Shown piece by piece: positions 1-12,224 of a DNA stretch of 64,000 nucleotides. Each line of letters starts with the position of its first letter. Position 1 is the stretch's first letter. A program made the position numbers and the translations under genes. Origin of the DNA: Rebecca billardiae RCC1528 (taxonomy: Eukaryota > Protista > Haptophyta); NCBI GenBank assembly GCA_965240325.2, contig OZ251238.1, forward strand, positions 1,426,001 through 1,490,000, read 5' to 3'. The notes beneath the pieces were generated by a model. That model did not search any database. It worked only from the letters and a program-made list of their open reading frames with translations, and had not been told where the DNA came from.

Positions 1-148
1 TTAATAATAGTAGATCGGCGACAGCAGGCGCCGAGTCTGTATGCGGTGGCCATTATTGCGCATATCATATATACTACGCGTATTCGCATGCATCGTCAGC
101 ACGTCGCTGCTCGCGTAATAAGTACTGCTACTGCCGTTATTGCTTCCG

Positions 149-817
149 CTACAGTTTATTGTCCCATCGCGTCGTCGTCCACCAGACGCCCGCAACGTTC
201 CGGCTCACGCGCGGGCCGCGCACGAGGCCGAGGCGCGTGAGCTGCGCGTCCGTCTCCGCGTAGAACTTCTTGTCGCCCGTGTCGCGCACCGCCCACCGGT
301 CCACTGCCACCGTCTGCGCCGCGACGTCGAGCAGAAAGACGCCGCGCGGCCGGAGCACGCGCACGACCTCTTCAAAGAACTTGTCCAGGAAGGGAATGTG
401 GTCGGCGACGTTCGAGAAGACGACGTCGACCGTGCGCGTGGCGAACTGGATGTTCATCGCGTCGCCCTGCAGCACGAGCGACGCGTTGCCCGGGAAGAGG
501 TCGATGCCGACGGCGAACGCGCCAAGACTCTGGAAAGCGCGGACCTCGCCGCCCGCGCGCGCGCCCACGCAGAGCATGTTCCTCCCGCGCAGGTTGAGCT
601 TGAGCTTGCTCAGGCCGTTTCGCTGGTAGAAGGTGCGCACGTCGCGCTCGGTGTGCCTGTCAAACGCGCTGAGGATGTGCTTCTCCCTCAGCAAGTCGAT
701 CTTCGCCCCCTGCTGCGAAAGATACGCCGTCCGGTTGAAAGCGCCGCTCGACGGATCGACGGCGAGCGCCACACTTGTGACGGCGAGCAGGCAGACGCCA
801 AGCGGGGTGGCCAACAT
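149..817 (-). CDS. SAM-dependent class I methyltransferase (Methyltransf_11-like) with N-terminal signal peptide
   Basis: Motif I-like MLCVGARAGGEV, VGIDL, GDAMNIQF, VDVVFSNVADH and EVVRVLRPRG. Hydrophobic N-terminus after the ATG at 817. Confidence 0.8.
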   Translation of the reverse strand: MLATPLGVCLLAVTSVALAVDPSSGAFNRTAYLSQQGAKIDLLREKHILSAFDRHTERDVRTFYQRNGLSKLKLNLRGRNMLCVGARAGGEVRAFQSLGAFAVGIDLFPGNASLVLQGDAMNIQFATRTVDVVFSNVADHIPFLDKFFEEVVRVLRPRGVFLLDVAAQTVAVDRWAVRDTGDKKFYAETDAQLTRLGLVRGPRVSRNVAGVWWTTTRWDNKL

Positions 818-1338
818 CGGTGCCGCGGGCCCGCAGGCGTAGCCAGCGGGTGGAGCTGCTGGCGATGCGCCACGGCCCCAACCGCGAGGCCCGCGCGAAG
901 CTTGCCTCGATGTCCGGTGCGGCAAGGGGAGGCGCGCATCAGGCCGCCGCCATTGTCATTGTGAACGCGCGCGGCCAAGAAATCCCAGCAAGAATGCATG
1001 GCCGCCATTGTTCATCATAAGTGATGACGGATGAGTCATCATCAATCTGATCGCGGTGTGTCGGCCGGACTGACACTGTCACTGACTGAGTCTTAGAACT
1101 CATCAGTATTCATCAGACTCATTATGAGTCACTGATGAATGGCGGGGGGACGGCCTCGTGAGGACCTGCCTTGCACTCCCTCAGGCCACTCCCACTGGCG
1201 CAGATTCTGCTCATCACTGATCACAGCGCTATCTAATATCTATGAGTCACGCTGATGCCACCTCGGCTGCCCCGGGCTTGCTGGGCTCAACCGTCGTATC
1301 GTCGCCGCGCGTAGACTAGTGCCGTAGACCGCGTAGTC

Positions 1339-3368
1339 TCAGTCTGCCCGGATGTGCTCGGCCACGAGCAACGCCGCGTTGCGCCCGGCGATCGCCTGCG
1401 TCTCCATGCACGAGACGGGCGACTCGAGCGCGCCGGCGTACGCCACACCTGCCGGCGCCATAGCAAGGGTCGGGGGCCGCGCGGGAGAATAGTCAGATGC
1501 AACAACAAGACAGCAGGACTGTGACAATGGCGGGCACGCGTTCAGACTCCGAGTGGCAGGGCACGCGGCGGCTATGATCAGCGAAGCGCACACGCAAGGC
1601 GATGCGGAACAAAACGCGCGAGCGCGAGCGCGGGCCTCTCTGCGGAGCGCAAGAAGGGCACGACGTTGCAGCGGACGGCCCGGGTATCGCGGCGCGCGCG
1701 CGCGCGCGCGGCGCACCCTTCGCCAGCTCAAAGTCCGGCCACTCCGCCGTCGGCAGCAGCCGAGGGTACGCCCCCGGACTTTCCCAGACCGCGCGCACCG
1801 CGTCTCCCGAGCGCCCCTCGAGGATTTCGTCAAGCTGAGTGTCGCTGAGCGGCCGGCTGGAGAAGAGCTTGTACACCCTGCGCCGCGCGGCCGCGCGCGC
1901 GAGCGGCGGCGGCTTGCCCGGCTTCGCCCGCGGCGGCGGCTTGCCCGCCGCCGCGGCCGCCGCGGCGGAGGCGAAGCACCGCTTCGCACCGGCTGCGTCT
2001 GCCGGTGTCCCGGCTGCGTCCGCCGGAGCCCCGGCGGCGCCCGGGGCAGCGGCGCCGCCGGTGCCGCCTGCGCACGTGGCGGGCTCGGTGTCGTTGGCGG
2101 GCGTGGCGTAGCCCTGCACGCCGATGGCGAAGTAGCCATCCTCGCCGGCATCGGCGGTCGTCAGCACCGCGCCCGTCCGGGAGGCCGCCTCCTTCCCGAA
2201 TTTCTTCGGATTTAATTGCGCCGCCTCGACAAAGGTGGCATGCGTGTGCACGAAAGGCCGCTCGCGCGGCGGCGCGGCGGAGCCACCGAGGTCGAGCATC
2301 AGCCCGGAGGCCTCGAGCGGCGCGGCGATCACCACCGCGTCGAAGGCCTCCGTCACGCTCAGCGCACCCGCCTCGCCCCCGCCGGCACTCGCCGGACCGC
2401 TCGTCACGCTGAAGCCGCCGCCGGCGCCGCTGCCGCTCGCGGCGACGCGCCGGACGGCGGTGCGCAGCCGGACCTCCGCACCGGACGCCTCGAGCACGCG
2501 CGCGCCGAGCTGCTGCGTGCCGCCCGCGAGCCGGAAGACGTCGCCCTCGAGCGCGGCGCCTGCACCGCGCGGCGGCCCGTCCGCACGGAGGGGCGGCGGC
2601 GCAGTGAGGCGTTACGCTCGCGCACGACGGCACGAGACCTCGCGATCGCACGGGCGCGCGGCGCGCACCGGCAAGCGAGACGAGGTCGACGAGGGCGTTG
2701 AGCTGGTCCGCCGACTGCATGTAGTTATCCCGCGACGCGCCGTCCACGAACTCGCGCACGAACCTGTCCTCGATACCCAGGCGGGTAAAGTAAGTACGCG
2801 CGTCTATCTGCGTCGAGTCCCACAGCCCCAGCTGTTGGAACATCGCCGAGGGCGAGGCCCAGAAGGCGCCCTTGTCCTGCAGCTCGTACACGGCGGTGAG
2901 GTTGGCCACCGTCGCCTTCAGCGCCGTGCGCAGCTTCAGCGGCGACACGCCGTACCGCCAGAGCACGCGCAGGCCGAACAGGGCGGACGAGGTGTCCGCT
3001 CGAAAAAGAATCGACTTGCCATCGGTGATCGCGAGGTCGCCGGGCGGCGGCTGGGCCTTGGTGAGGTTGAACTGGGCGATCCAGTGAACGAGGTACGCGT
3101 TGAGCGAGCTGATCGTCGTCGCCCCCTCGTCGATCAGCAGGCCGCCTGGGCCGCCCCACGTGCGCGAGCGCATCCGCCCGCCCGTCTCTGCCGCGCGTTC
3201 GAACACGACGACGCGCGCGTCCGGGCGGGCGCGCGAGAGGAAGTAGGCAGCGGAGGCGCCCGAGATACCAGAGCCGATGATAGCCACGCGAGGCGCCGCT
3301 TCCTCCGCGCTCGCTAGGGCTAGCGCCGCCGCCGCGAGCGCGAGCACACGCCGGACGGCGGTCGTCAT
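1339..3368 (-). CDS. PCYOX1: Prenylcysteine oxidase/lyase (FAD-dependent); exons 3368-2669, 2559-1717, 1448-1339
   Basis: Signal peptide, VAIIGSGISG and FE...GGR FAD motifs, FDAVVIAAPL, C-terminal SCMETQAIAGRNAA. GT-AG introns 2560-2668 and 1449-1716 join three ORF frames. Confidence 0.85.
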
Positions 3369-4062
3369 CGATCGTCGGGAGGACTTTGCGCTGATGACCG
3401 ACGCGGCAAGACGAAATCACGCGAAAATCACCCCTTCTGTACACCCGCTTCACCGGACACTATGGTACAAAATCACAGCTCTGATTTTGCGGCGGCAGTG
3501 GGCCAGTCGTGGCCGGCGACCAACGACTGTCTGTGAGCGTGTGATGACTGTGAGGCTTTGCGGGCCGCGGTACGGGTAGGCCCTAGGCCTAGGGCTAGCG
3601 TGTGGACAGCCGTGTCTGCCGTGTGGACGTGTGGACTGTGGTGACAGAGTGTCGACCGGCGCGACTCGGACTGCATCGTCCTAGCCTACCTGAGTCTTCT
3701 ACACGACCTCGTCTGAAGGTCGACGGCTGCTGGTCAGTGGTCTGGCGCAATCCGACTTGCCGGGCAGCTCCGCAGCGCCCGTGGCCATCAGCTCACTCTG
3801 GCGTGTCGGACCCGCAACCGGCGCGGCGGCGTCGGCGGGCCCGGCCGCGGGCGGACCACCGTCACGTCTTAGCCCTCGTCCCGTCTCGCCCAGCTTCAGA
3901 CTGCGGGGGCCGATGGCGGAGCCCACGACCCACGGCCGCAGATTGCCCGACCTCCACGTGCCCAGCGCCTCCCTCGCCCCCGGGCCGCCAGCGCGAGCGC
4001 AGGCCGTCAGCGCACGCCGCGCCGCCGCGGCGCGAGGCCGAGGGGGGCTCGGGAGTGCGCGC

Positions 4063-5573
4063 CTAGTACTCCTCGCCCTCCTCCTCGTCGAACTCGCCCT
4101 CCTCCTCGGCGGAGGCGTCCTGGTACTGCTGGTACTCGGAGACGAGGTCGTTGAGGTTCGACTCCGCCTCGGTGAACTCCATCTCGTCCATGCCCTCGCC
4201 CGTGTACCAGTGGAGGAACGCCTTGCGGCGGAACATGGCGGTGAACTGCTCGGAGATGCGCTTCATCACCTCCTGCATGCACGTCGAGTTGCCGACAAAC
4301 GCGACGGCCATCTTGAGGCCCTTGGGCGGGATGTCGCAGATGGACGACTTGATGTTGTTCGGGATCCACTCGACGAAGTACGACGAGTTCTTGTTCTGCA
4401 CGTTAAGCATCTGCTCGTCCACCTCCTTGGTCGACATGCGGCCGCGGAAGAGCGCCGCCGCCGTCAGGTAGCGGCCGTGGCGCGGGTCGGCGGCGGCCAT
4501 CATGTTCTTCGCGTCGAACATCTGCTGCGTGAGCTCCGGCACGGTGAGCGCGCGGTACTGCTGCGAGCCGCGCGAGGTGAGCGGCGAGAAGCCGATCATG
4601 AAGAAGTGCAGGCGCGGGAACGGCACGAGGTTGACGCCCATCTTGCGCAGGTCACTGTTGAGCTGGCCCGGGAAGCGCAGGCAGCACGTCGACGACGACA
4701 TGACGGCGGCGACGAGGTGGTTGAGGTCGCCGAAGGTGGGCGTGGTGAGCTTGAGCGTGCGGAAGCAGATGTCGTACAGCGCCTCGTTGTCGAGCAGCAG
4801 GCACTCGTCCGAGTTCTCCACCAGCTGGTGCACCGAGAGCGTCGCGTTGTACGGCTCGACGACGGTGTCCGACACCTTGGGCGACGGGAAGACAGAGTAG
4901 GTGGCCATGATGCGGTCGGGGTACTCCTCGCGGATCTTCGAGATGAGGAGCGTGCCCATGCCCGAGCCCGTCCCGCCGCCCATCGAGTGCGTGATCTGGA
5001 AGCCCTGCAGGCAGTCGCACGACTCCGCCTCCTTGCGCACGACGTCGAGCACCGCGTCGATCAGCTCGGCGCCCTCGGTGTAGTGGCCCTTGGCCCAGTT
5101 GTTGCCCGCGCCGGACTGGCCGAAGACGAAGTTGTCCGGGCGGAAGATCTGGCCGAACGGCCCCGAGCGCACCGAGTCCATCGTGCCCGGCTCGAGGTCC
5201 ATCAGGATCGCGCGCGGCACGTACCGGCCGCCGGTCGCCTCATTGTAGTACACGTTGATGCGCTCGAGCTGGAGGTCCGAGTCGCCGTGGTACGTGCCGG
5301 TCGGGTCGACGCCGTGCTCATCGGAGATCACCTCCCAGAACTTCGCGCCGATCTGGTTGCCGCACTGGCCGCCCTGGATGTGCACGATCTCACTGCGCGG
5401 CGCGGCGGCCGGCGTAACCGCAAGGAGAAACCGAAACGCGGCACGCGCCGGTGAGTGCGGGTCGACGGGGCCGCCGCGCGGCGGGGCCGCGTGGGGACCG
5501 CGTGCAGGGCCTCCCACCCGCGCCCCCGACGCGCACCCCGCGCGCCGCGCGCCCGCGCGTGCGCGCACCGCAT
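4063..5573 (-). CDS. TUBB: Beta-tubulin; 5-nt first coding exon ATGCG (5573-5569), intron 5568-5393, exon 5392-4063
   Basis: Splicing restores [24 protein letters not shown] motif and acidic C-terminal tail present. Confidence 0.99.
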
Positions 5574-5804
5574 GGCTGCGGCGAGGGAAGCGGCGGGTGA
5601 ACACGGGCCCGGGGGATGTGGAGCAACGCTGCAGCGGCCAACGCTGCGCCACAGAGCCAAAAATTCGAACGCCCTTTTCAAACCGCCGCCGCCGTCGTCG
5701 CCACCTGCCGGGTATCTGCGGCGTATTCAGACTCGCCGGGTATTTTGTAACTGGCTCGTCCGGGCGCCCCGGCGCCGCCGCCGGACTTCCTTCCATCCGC
5801 CAGC

Positions 5805-7217
5805 ATGGAGGCCGAGCAGGACGGCCCCCTGAGCCTATGCGCCCTGTGCACGCGCGTGCTCGTGCGCCACCGCGAGCTCCTCGACGCGGTGGGCGACGTG
5901 CCCGCCGAGCTCCTGATGCCTCTCCTCCTCCGTTTCGACGCCGACGAGCTCGAGGCCTTCGAGCAGGCCAACCCGCACCACCGCGACGAGACGACGCATC
6001 TCTGGCGCGCGTTCTGCGCCAACGCCGACGCCGACGCCGCGCAGGAGGGCGGCGCGCGGAACTGGCGGGCCGTGTACGCCATCGAGCGCGCCGTGCGCAC
6101 CTCGCGCCTCCAGCGCGCCGCGAGCCGCGTCCAGTCGCGCGCGGCCGAGGAGGAGGCGCGGCTGAGGCGGGTCGTGGTGCTCGAAGATCGTCCGCACCGC
6201 CCAGACGATCGGCTGAGGATGGCGGCGGCGGCGGCGGCGAGGCGCCGTGCCGCGCCGACGGCCCCGCGGGCCCTCGGCCACGCGCGCGCGCCGAGCGGGC
6301 CGAGCGCACCCGCGCCCAAGCGCGCGCGCACGGCCGCGGTGCCGTCACCACGCCGGTCACCGCCGCCGCGTCCTGCGCCAGCGCACGCTCGGCCGGCAGC
6401 GCCGTGCGCGCGCGCGTCGCCGGCGTCCAGCTCGGCGCTGCCCAAGGCGCGGCAGCAGCCGCCGGGCAGCGCACCGCGCGTCGCGCCGCGCATCGCGCCC
6501 ACGCACATCGCGCCCGCGGGCGGCAGGGCGACCGCCGCCTCGCACGTCGCCAGCCGAGCGGCGGTGCCGGGTGCCAGCCCCGCGCGCGCTGACGCGCGGC
6601 CAGCGCAGAGCGCAGCCGAGGCGCGGGCGCCGCCACAGCCGGCGGCCAGGCGCCCAGGCGCGCCGGGGGCCGCAGCGACGCGCACCGCGCCGGCAACGCC
6701 GCCGAGACACGCCACGGGGCCCGCCGGAGTGCCCACCCGGCTGCCGGCGCCGCCGCAGCCCTCGCCCACGGCCAAGCCAACGGGTGCGCTGCCCCTGGCC
6801 AATGATTATTGTAAGGCTGGCGCGCCGCCCGCGGCCGTGGCTCACAAGCCCGCCGCGACGGGCCTTGAGAAAGCTGCAGGGGCGCTGCGCGCTGGCGCGG
6901 CGCCCGCGGCGGGACCGGCCAAAGCCGCGAGCGCGGCTATGCGCAGTGCCACCGACGGCGTGTGCGGTCCGCGTGGGCCCGCGGGCAGAGCCCCCGCCGT
7001 GCTGGGCCGTTGTGCCCAGCCAGCGGCCGCGGCGCGGCGCGTGACCGCGCCAGGCGTCACGCCCTCCGGCCCAGCTGGCGCCGGCCCTGGCCCGGTGGGT
7101 GCGCGCGGTGCCGGCACGCGCGAGGCGCCGCAGGCGTCGAGCAGAGAGGGGCGTGGCAGTGGCCCCGCCCCGCAGCAGGGCCTGCTCGAGATGGACATCT
7201 TTGGCGGCGCGAGCTGA
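5805..7217 (+). CDS. Elongin-A-domain protein with long Pro/Ala-rich tail
   Basis: BC-box-like [12 protein letters not shown], then [31 protein letters not shown] and WRAVY, typical of the Elongin A domain. Head-to-head with tubulin. Confidence 0.7.
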   Translation: MEAEQDGPLSLCALCTRVLVRHRELLDAVGDVPAELLMPLLLRFDADELEAFEQANPHHRDETTHLWRAFCANADADAAQEGGARNWRAVYAIERAVRTSRLQRAASRVQSRAAEEEARLRRVVVLEDRPHRPDDRLRMAAAAAARRRAAPTAPRALGHARAPSGPSAPAPKRARTAAVPSPRRSPPPRPAPAHARPAAPCARASPASSSALPKARQQPPGSAPRVAPRIAPTHIAPAGGRATAASHVASRAAVPGASPARADARPAQSAAEARAPPQPAARRPGAPGAAATRTAPATPPRHATGPAGVPTRLPAPPQPSPTAKPTGALPLANDYCKAGAPPAAVAHKPAATGLEKAAGALRAGAAPAAGPAKAASAAMRSATDGVCGPRGPAGRAPAVLGRCAQPAAAARRVTAPGVTPSGPAGAGPGPVGARGAGTREAPQASSREGRGSGPAPQQGLLEMDIFGGAS

Positions 7218-7483
7218 CGCTGTGGGGCGTGGCGGCGCGCGCTGCTGCAGCTGGCGTGCTGCTGCAGAGCCGCCACGCTCTTACGCTGCGCGGCCGCGCG
7301 CTGGCCATTCGCGCGTGCGACTGATGAGGCTCAGCAGCGGCAGCTTAGCGGCAGCTACAGTAGCGTCGTTGGTCATCATGCCTCATCACTCATGGACATG
7401 GTGCAGTACTCTGAGTACTATACTGACTACACTGATGCGTATGTCGTGTGTACATACGACGATCCATGACGATGATCAGCTCG

Positions 7484-7596
<113 letters not shown>

Positions 7597-7769
7597 ATGA
7601 CCGTGCTCCAGGATCCGTGTGAGTGCCTTAGTGATAGTCCGATGGTGCTGAGTCGCCAGACAGCCTGCGAAAGTCGTCTTGCGAGCATGCAGGGACTCAG
7701 CGCCGTAGTCCGCCTGAAGGCGGGCAGCACGCTGCACGGCGCCGCGGGGATCAGCGCATCGCGTCGTCA

Positions 7770-9296
7770 TCAGCGTGATGCAGTAGCAGTGGCAGCGCCA
7801 GCAGCGCCGCCGTGCGCGCCGACGAGGCTGGGCTTGCTCGGCGCGGCTGTTCCCGCCGGTGCCGGCCGCGTGCGATTCGCCTCGAGCAGCGCCGGCACTC
7901 CGGAGCGGAGCAGCACGGCGCGCCGGAGCGACGCGTCGGCGGCGCGATCGGCCGACCACGGACCCAGCCCGGCGCTGAGCAGCGCGTCGGCGTCGGCGTC
8001 AGGCTCGAGGTAGGGCGTGACCTCCGCGACGTCCGAGGCGTTGAACGCGAGCGCGAGCGAGTCCTTCGTCGCGAAGAACTGCCGGCGTGGCGCCTCGCGC
8101 CACCGGCGGCACGGCCGCTCCCCCGCCGCGTCCGAAGGCTCGTCCTCGCCCAGGCTGAACATGCGCCAGCCCGCCGGCCACGCGCCAGGCGGCAGCCATC
8201 GCCAGTGCCGCTTGTAATCGTTCTCGCCCGTGACCACGACGTTGGGCGGGCAGTGGCGGAAGCGCGCGAAGTGGTACGCGCGGCGCGCGCGGCTCCAGTA
8301 CACGTCGAACACCTTGCCCGGCGGCGCGTCGGGCGGCAGCTTGTACTGCTGCAGAAAAAGCGCAGATTTGGACTTGTCGTGGAAGACCATGGTGGCTTGG
8401 TCGACGCGGCCGCGGCCAAGCGTGTTGTCCATATGCAGCGGGTTGTTCCAGTCGTACAGCCGCAGCGGCGCGTCGGCGAGGTACCGGTGCATCAGCCAGC
8501 CCAGCCACACGTCGTCCGCGAGCAGGTCCCGGAATTTCGTCGCGATCCGGCCGTCGGACAGCCCGTGCGCAACGACGTGAACTTTCCACGAAACCGCCGA
8601 GCACGACGGGAACGCGCGCGCGAGCGCCAGGCTGCCGTGCCCGTCCATGAGCGCGAGCGCGCGCGCGGCGGGCGGGGTCTGCACCACGCGCCGCGCCAGC
8701 TCGGGCGAGAGCGCCACGAACGACGCCACCGGGAACGGGAACGGGCCGTCGCACAGCTCAGGCTTGCTGCGGCACGCGAGCTTTCGCTTCTGCGTCGCCT
8801 CGAGCGCGAAGAAGCCAAAGGCGATGGGGCAGCCGGCGGCCTCGACCCAGCAGAAGTAGCGGAAGAGGCTCACCGCCGTGAGCGCCGACTCGTGCAGCCG
8901 CTCCGTCAGCAGCGCCGAGCGCAGCGACGGCAGGTGGATGAAGACGTCATCCTCGCACTTGCTGATGAACGACGCCGACGGGAACGCGTCGACTGCCCAG
9001 GCGAACCAGACGAGCTGCTTCACCGCGGCGGCGTGGGAGACGGGCCCCGTGTAGTTCACCACGAGCACGTCGTCCAGGCCCTGCGCGAACACCGTCTCGC
9101 GCAGCTGCGCGCCCGCGTCGATGACGATCCGCACGGCGACGTCGCTCGGCACGTTCGAACGCTGCAGCCACGTCTGGCGGATGTCGCGGATGAGCGTCTC
9201 GCGACCCGGCGCGGTGATGATGCCGAGGGCGAGCAGCACGTTGGCGAATGTGCGCGGCGTGCCCGGCGCGACGGCCGCGTGCTGCGCCCCGAGCAT
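7770..9296 (-). CDS. Glycosyltransferase, GT31/galactosyltransferase-like
   Basis: [20 protein letters not shown] (DxD-type motif), GPFPF and ADDVWLGW. The true start may be further upstream. Confidence 0.75.
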   Translation of the reverse strand: MLGAQHAAVAPGTPRTFANVLLALGIITAPGRETLIRDIRQTWLQRSNVPSDVAVRIVIDAGAQLRETVFAQGLDDVLVVNYTGPVSHAAAVKQLVWFAWAVDAFPSASFISKCEDDVFIHLPSLRSALLTERLHESALTAVSLFRYFCWVEAAGCPIAFGFFALEATQKRKLACRSKPELCDGPFPFPVASFVALSPELARRVVQTPPAARALALMDGHGSLALARAFPSCSAVSWKVHVVAHGLSDGRIATKFRDLLADDVWLGWLMHRYLADAPLRLYDWNNPLHMDNTLGRGRVDQATMVFHDKSKSALFLQQYKLPPDAPPGKVFDVYWSRARRAYHFARFRHCPPNVVVTGENDYKRHWRWLPPGAWPAGWRMFSLGEDEPSDAAGERPCRRWREAPRRQFFATKDSLALAFNASDVAEVTPYLEPDADADALLSAGLGPWSADRAADASLRRAVLLRSGVPALLEANRTRPAPAGTAAPSKPSLVGAHGGAAGAATATASR

Positions 9297-9683
9297 GGCG
9301 CACACGGCGGCCGCGAACGCCGCGCGCTCCCGGTCGCGCCGGACGTTCGCTGACGTCCAGGGGGACTAATTCTATGATTTAAAGACACAGGCACGAGGGC
9401 GCAGCTCTCCTGATTCGTCTGTCGAAGTACTGAATGGAGTTAATGGAGGATGTCGCTGGAGCGCGTTGGCCGCGGGTGAGGGAGTCGTCGTAACCGATGC
9501 TGATCACACGGTCACTGAGGTAGTAGGCGCCCGGGGATGCCGCTGTTTTGCAGTCGTCGTCGGCCTTGGTCATCATGTAGTTGCCCGCGTCGTCGTCGTC
9601 CGAGGCTGTTCAAGTTGATGCCGTAGTGCGGGTAGTGGATGTGGTCGCCCGGGCCGGTGTGCGCGGCCTAGTGGCCTTGCCGA

Positions 9684-9810
9684 GTTGAGGGAGTAGTCGC
9701 CCTTGCCGTTGAGGAAGTCGTCGTCCTTGCCGTTGAGGAAGTCGTCGCCCTGGCCGCAGAGGAAGTCGTCGCCCTTGCCGTTGAGGAAGTCGTCGTCCTG
9801 GCCGCTGAGG
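9684..9810 (-). repeat. 24-bp tandem repeat, about 5 copies (GGCGACGACTTCCTCAACGGCAAG)
   Basis: GTTGAGG/GCWGAGG recurs at 9684, 9708, 9732, 9756, 9780 and 9804 on the + strand. Translates to GxxDDFLN octapeptides. Confidence 0.9.
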
Positions 9811-9863
9811 GTGCCTGCGCTGCCCAACCGGGCGCGTCTGGCGCGCCAGCGCCGCGCGCGGCT

Positions 9864-10637
9864 CTACGCCAGTGACGGCGGCACGGCGGCAGCCAGGTCA
9901 CGGGGGGGGTCGGCGAGGGACGCGGTGCGAGCCTGCTTGGCCGGCTTGGCGTCGCTCCCGCCAGCGGAGGAGGGCCCATCCTCCTCCGCCGGCGTGGACG
10001 GCTCGGTCGCCGCGCGCTTGCCGGCTGCCGCGGCGCCGGGGGGCAGGACCAGGCGGTAGTTGGACTCCCCGAGCGCCGGCCTGGCCTGTTGCACCTCGGG
10101 CCCGTCCGACGGCGCGGCCGCGGTTGGCGGCTGGGGTGGCGGGATGGCATCGTCGGAACCCTCCCCCTCGGGCTCCTCCGCCTCCGGGCCGGCGGGGTCC
10201 GCCGCCTGTTGGTCGGCCGGCTGAGGAGCAGGGCGGCGCGCAGCGGCGGGCGGCGCGGGCGGCACAGGCGGCGCGGGCGGCACGCCCCACAGGTTGTGTG
10301 GGACGCGGGCGGCGCCGGCGATGCGGCGGCTCGGCTTGAGCGGCGCGAAGAAGATGGGGTGCTCGGGGTCGATGGGCATGAAACGGAGGCGGAGGAAGAT
10401 CAGGTTCACACCGCCGGAGTAGATGTTGGTCTCGACGTGCTCACCGTTGGTCACGTACTTGTTGATGTCGGGCACGATCTGCTCGTAGAGGGCCCTGTGG
10501 AACTGCACGAGCGTCATCGTGGGGCTAACCGGGAGCGTGAGGGACACGTCCTTCGCCTGGGTTGCGAGGTCGGCCGCCGACAGCGCGAGCATCTCCTGCG
10601 TGAGCTCCGTGGTGCACGCCGTGAAAATGTTCGGCAT
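9864..10637 (-). CDS. Hypothetical protein with globular N-terminal half and low-complexity C-terminal half
   Basis: Open frame with gene-like GC3 bias; no family motif recognised. Confidence 0.55.
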   Translation of the reverse strand: MPNIFTACTTELTQEMLALSAADLATQAKDVSLTLPVSPTMTLVQFHRALYEQIVPDINKYVTNGEHVETNIYSGGVNLIFLRLRFMPIDPEHPIFFAPLKPSRRIAGAARVPHNLWGVPPAPPVPPAPPAAARRPAPQPADQQAADPAGPEAEEPEGEGSDDAIPPPQPPTAAAPSDGPEVQQARPALGESNYRLVLPPGAAAAGKRAATEPSTPAEEDGPSSAGGSDAKPAKQARTASLADPPRDLAAAVPPSLA

Positions 10638-12224
10638 GCACAGGCTGGTGGCCACCCTTGTCCACGGGCGCAGGAATTTCGGGTGGGGATTTTCTTTTCC
10701 GAATATGTTGGTGATGCCGTGAGAGCACCACCAACCTCTGCCGCTGGCGGCTGCACTAACAGCGCGCTGGGCGGCGCTGGAGGGGCGAGATGGGCGCCGA
10801 CTGCGCGCCCTCCTGCGGTAGTTGCGTGCCCGCGAAGGCGGTGCGCGTGGTTGAGCGCGGCTGAAGAGCAGCTATTTGCGTCGTTCCACCGCTCGCCGTT
10901 CGGAATCACTGCATCCGCCGCGCCTCAGGCCATCGCGTGCGCCGCACCATTCACCAACAAGGAAGTTGTGTGCATTCCTCGGCTGACTGCACGCGTGCCG
11001 CGAGCAGCGGCGTCGGCGTCCGGCACTTGGTTGCACTGGGCAATGCCCAGGTAGTTTGTGCACGCGTCATCGCTCGTCACAGTACGCTGCCTGGCATGCG
11101 CATCTGCACTGGTCACACAGCCGTCAAACTGGCACGATCGAGCATCACGCAGCTGTCGGCATCGACCTACGGCAAGGGTCGTGTGAGCATGGAAAGCACT
11201 GACATGCGCCCTGCTGGATAGTGATGTAGTGAGCACATTCTCGCGTGAAAGGAGCGCGCGCCATTCAGGCCCCGGAAGCGGCGTCGGGGCTGGATGCTCA
11301 CGTCTTAGGCAGGCTGATGCTGCCTTCCGGCTGCACGGGTGCGTCTATCAAGGCTGACCGTGTGTGCACGATGCGCACCGTCAAGTTCGACACGAACGTC
11401 CAGACGTGAGCTACTGCTTGACAAGGTAGTATACACACATTCATACACGCGCCATGTCATCCGAGGAGGCACATACACGCAGGCCATCATGGGCCTCGTT
11501 CAGGTATATTCTGCATCAGCACGCATGCATGCACGTACTAGCTCGGGCCAAGATTGACGTCGGAGCACGAGTCAGGGAGTTCAATGCCGGGGCAGAGCTG
11601 GACAGCGGTCACGTGTGTGGCCACTCCGCGCGAGCGCACATGCTCCGCGTCACCGCATATCAGCATGGCGTGCGCTGCAACGTCATCGTCGGGCCAGAGC
11701 GCTTGTTCGACCAATCGGCTCGCATGAAGGATGCAATCAGCACACCTGAACGCAGCTGTTCGCGGACCCGCGCTCATGCGCGGCGGCGCAAGGCAGCGCC
11801 GTGCGTACAGTGTAGGCCTCGCCACGCGGAAGCGCACGCTCCGTGTTTGTCTCGCCTCGAATGGCGCACGCGGGGGAGCGGCTGGCCGTGTGGCGGTGTG
11901 CACAGACATGCTGGCCCGAGGCAAGTACAGCCGAATGCGATGCGCGGCGCGAAGCGGCGCATGGCACTTCAGCACGACTGCCCAGCTTAGCTCGCTGGCT
12001 CTGCGCTCGCGGGATCGTCCACACGCTCGGGAGCGCGGCGCCGTCGCCCGCTCGCCCGAGACGCACGCGGCCGCCGCGAAGCGCGCGGCTGAATAAATGA
12101 AAAGCGGAAATAAAAAGCGCGCCGATTTTCTCCGACCCTGGGTGCCGTGTCCCCAGTGGCTGGCTGGGAGTTGCGCTGGGCCGGCGAGATCAGACCAAAA
12201 TCAGACTGATGAGTGAGGAGAGCC

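Noticed and set aside
3757-5454. 565-aa + strand ORF, and similar long ORFs at 7812-9353, 20886-23801 and 33273-35144
   Set aside because: Antisense shadows of real genes, caused by extreme GC3 bias.
4063-6780. 905-aa N-terminally extended tubulin
   Set aside because: Read-through of an intron and the neighbouring gene. The spliced model gives the canonical MREIVHI start.
9684-9810. CRISPR-like array
   Set aside because: Units are directly abutting with no unique spacers, the context is eukaryotic, and there are no cas genes.
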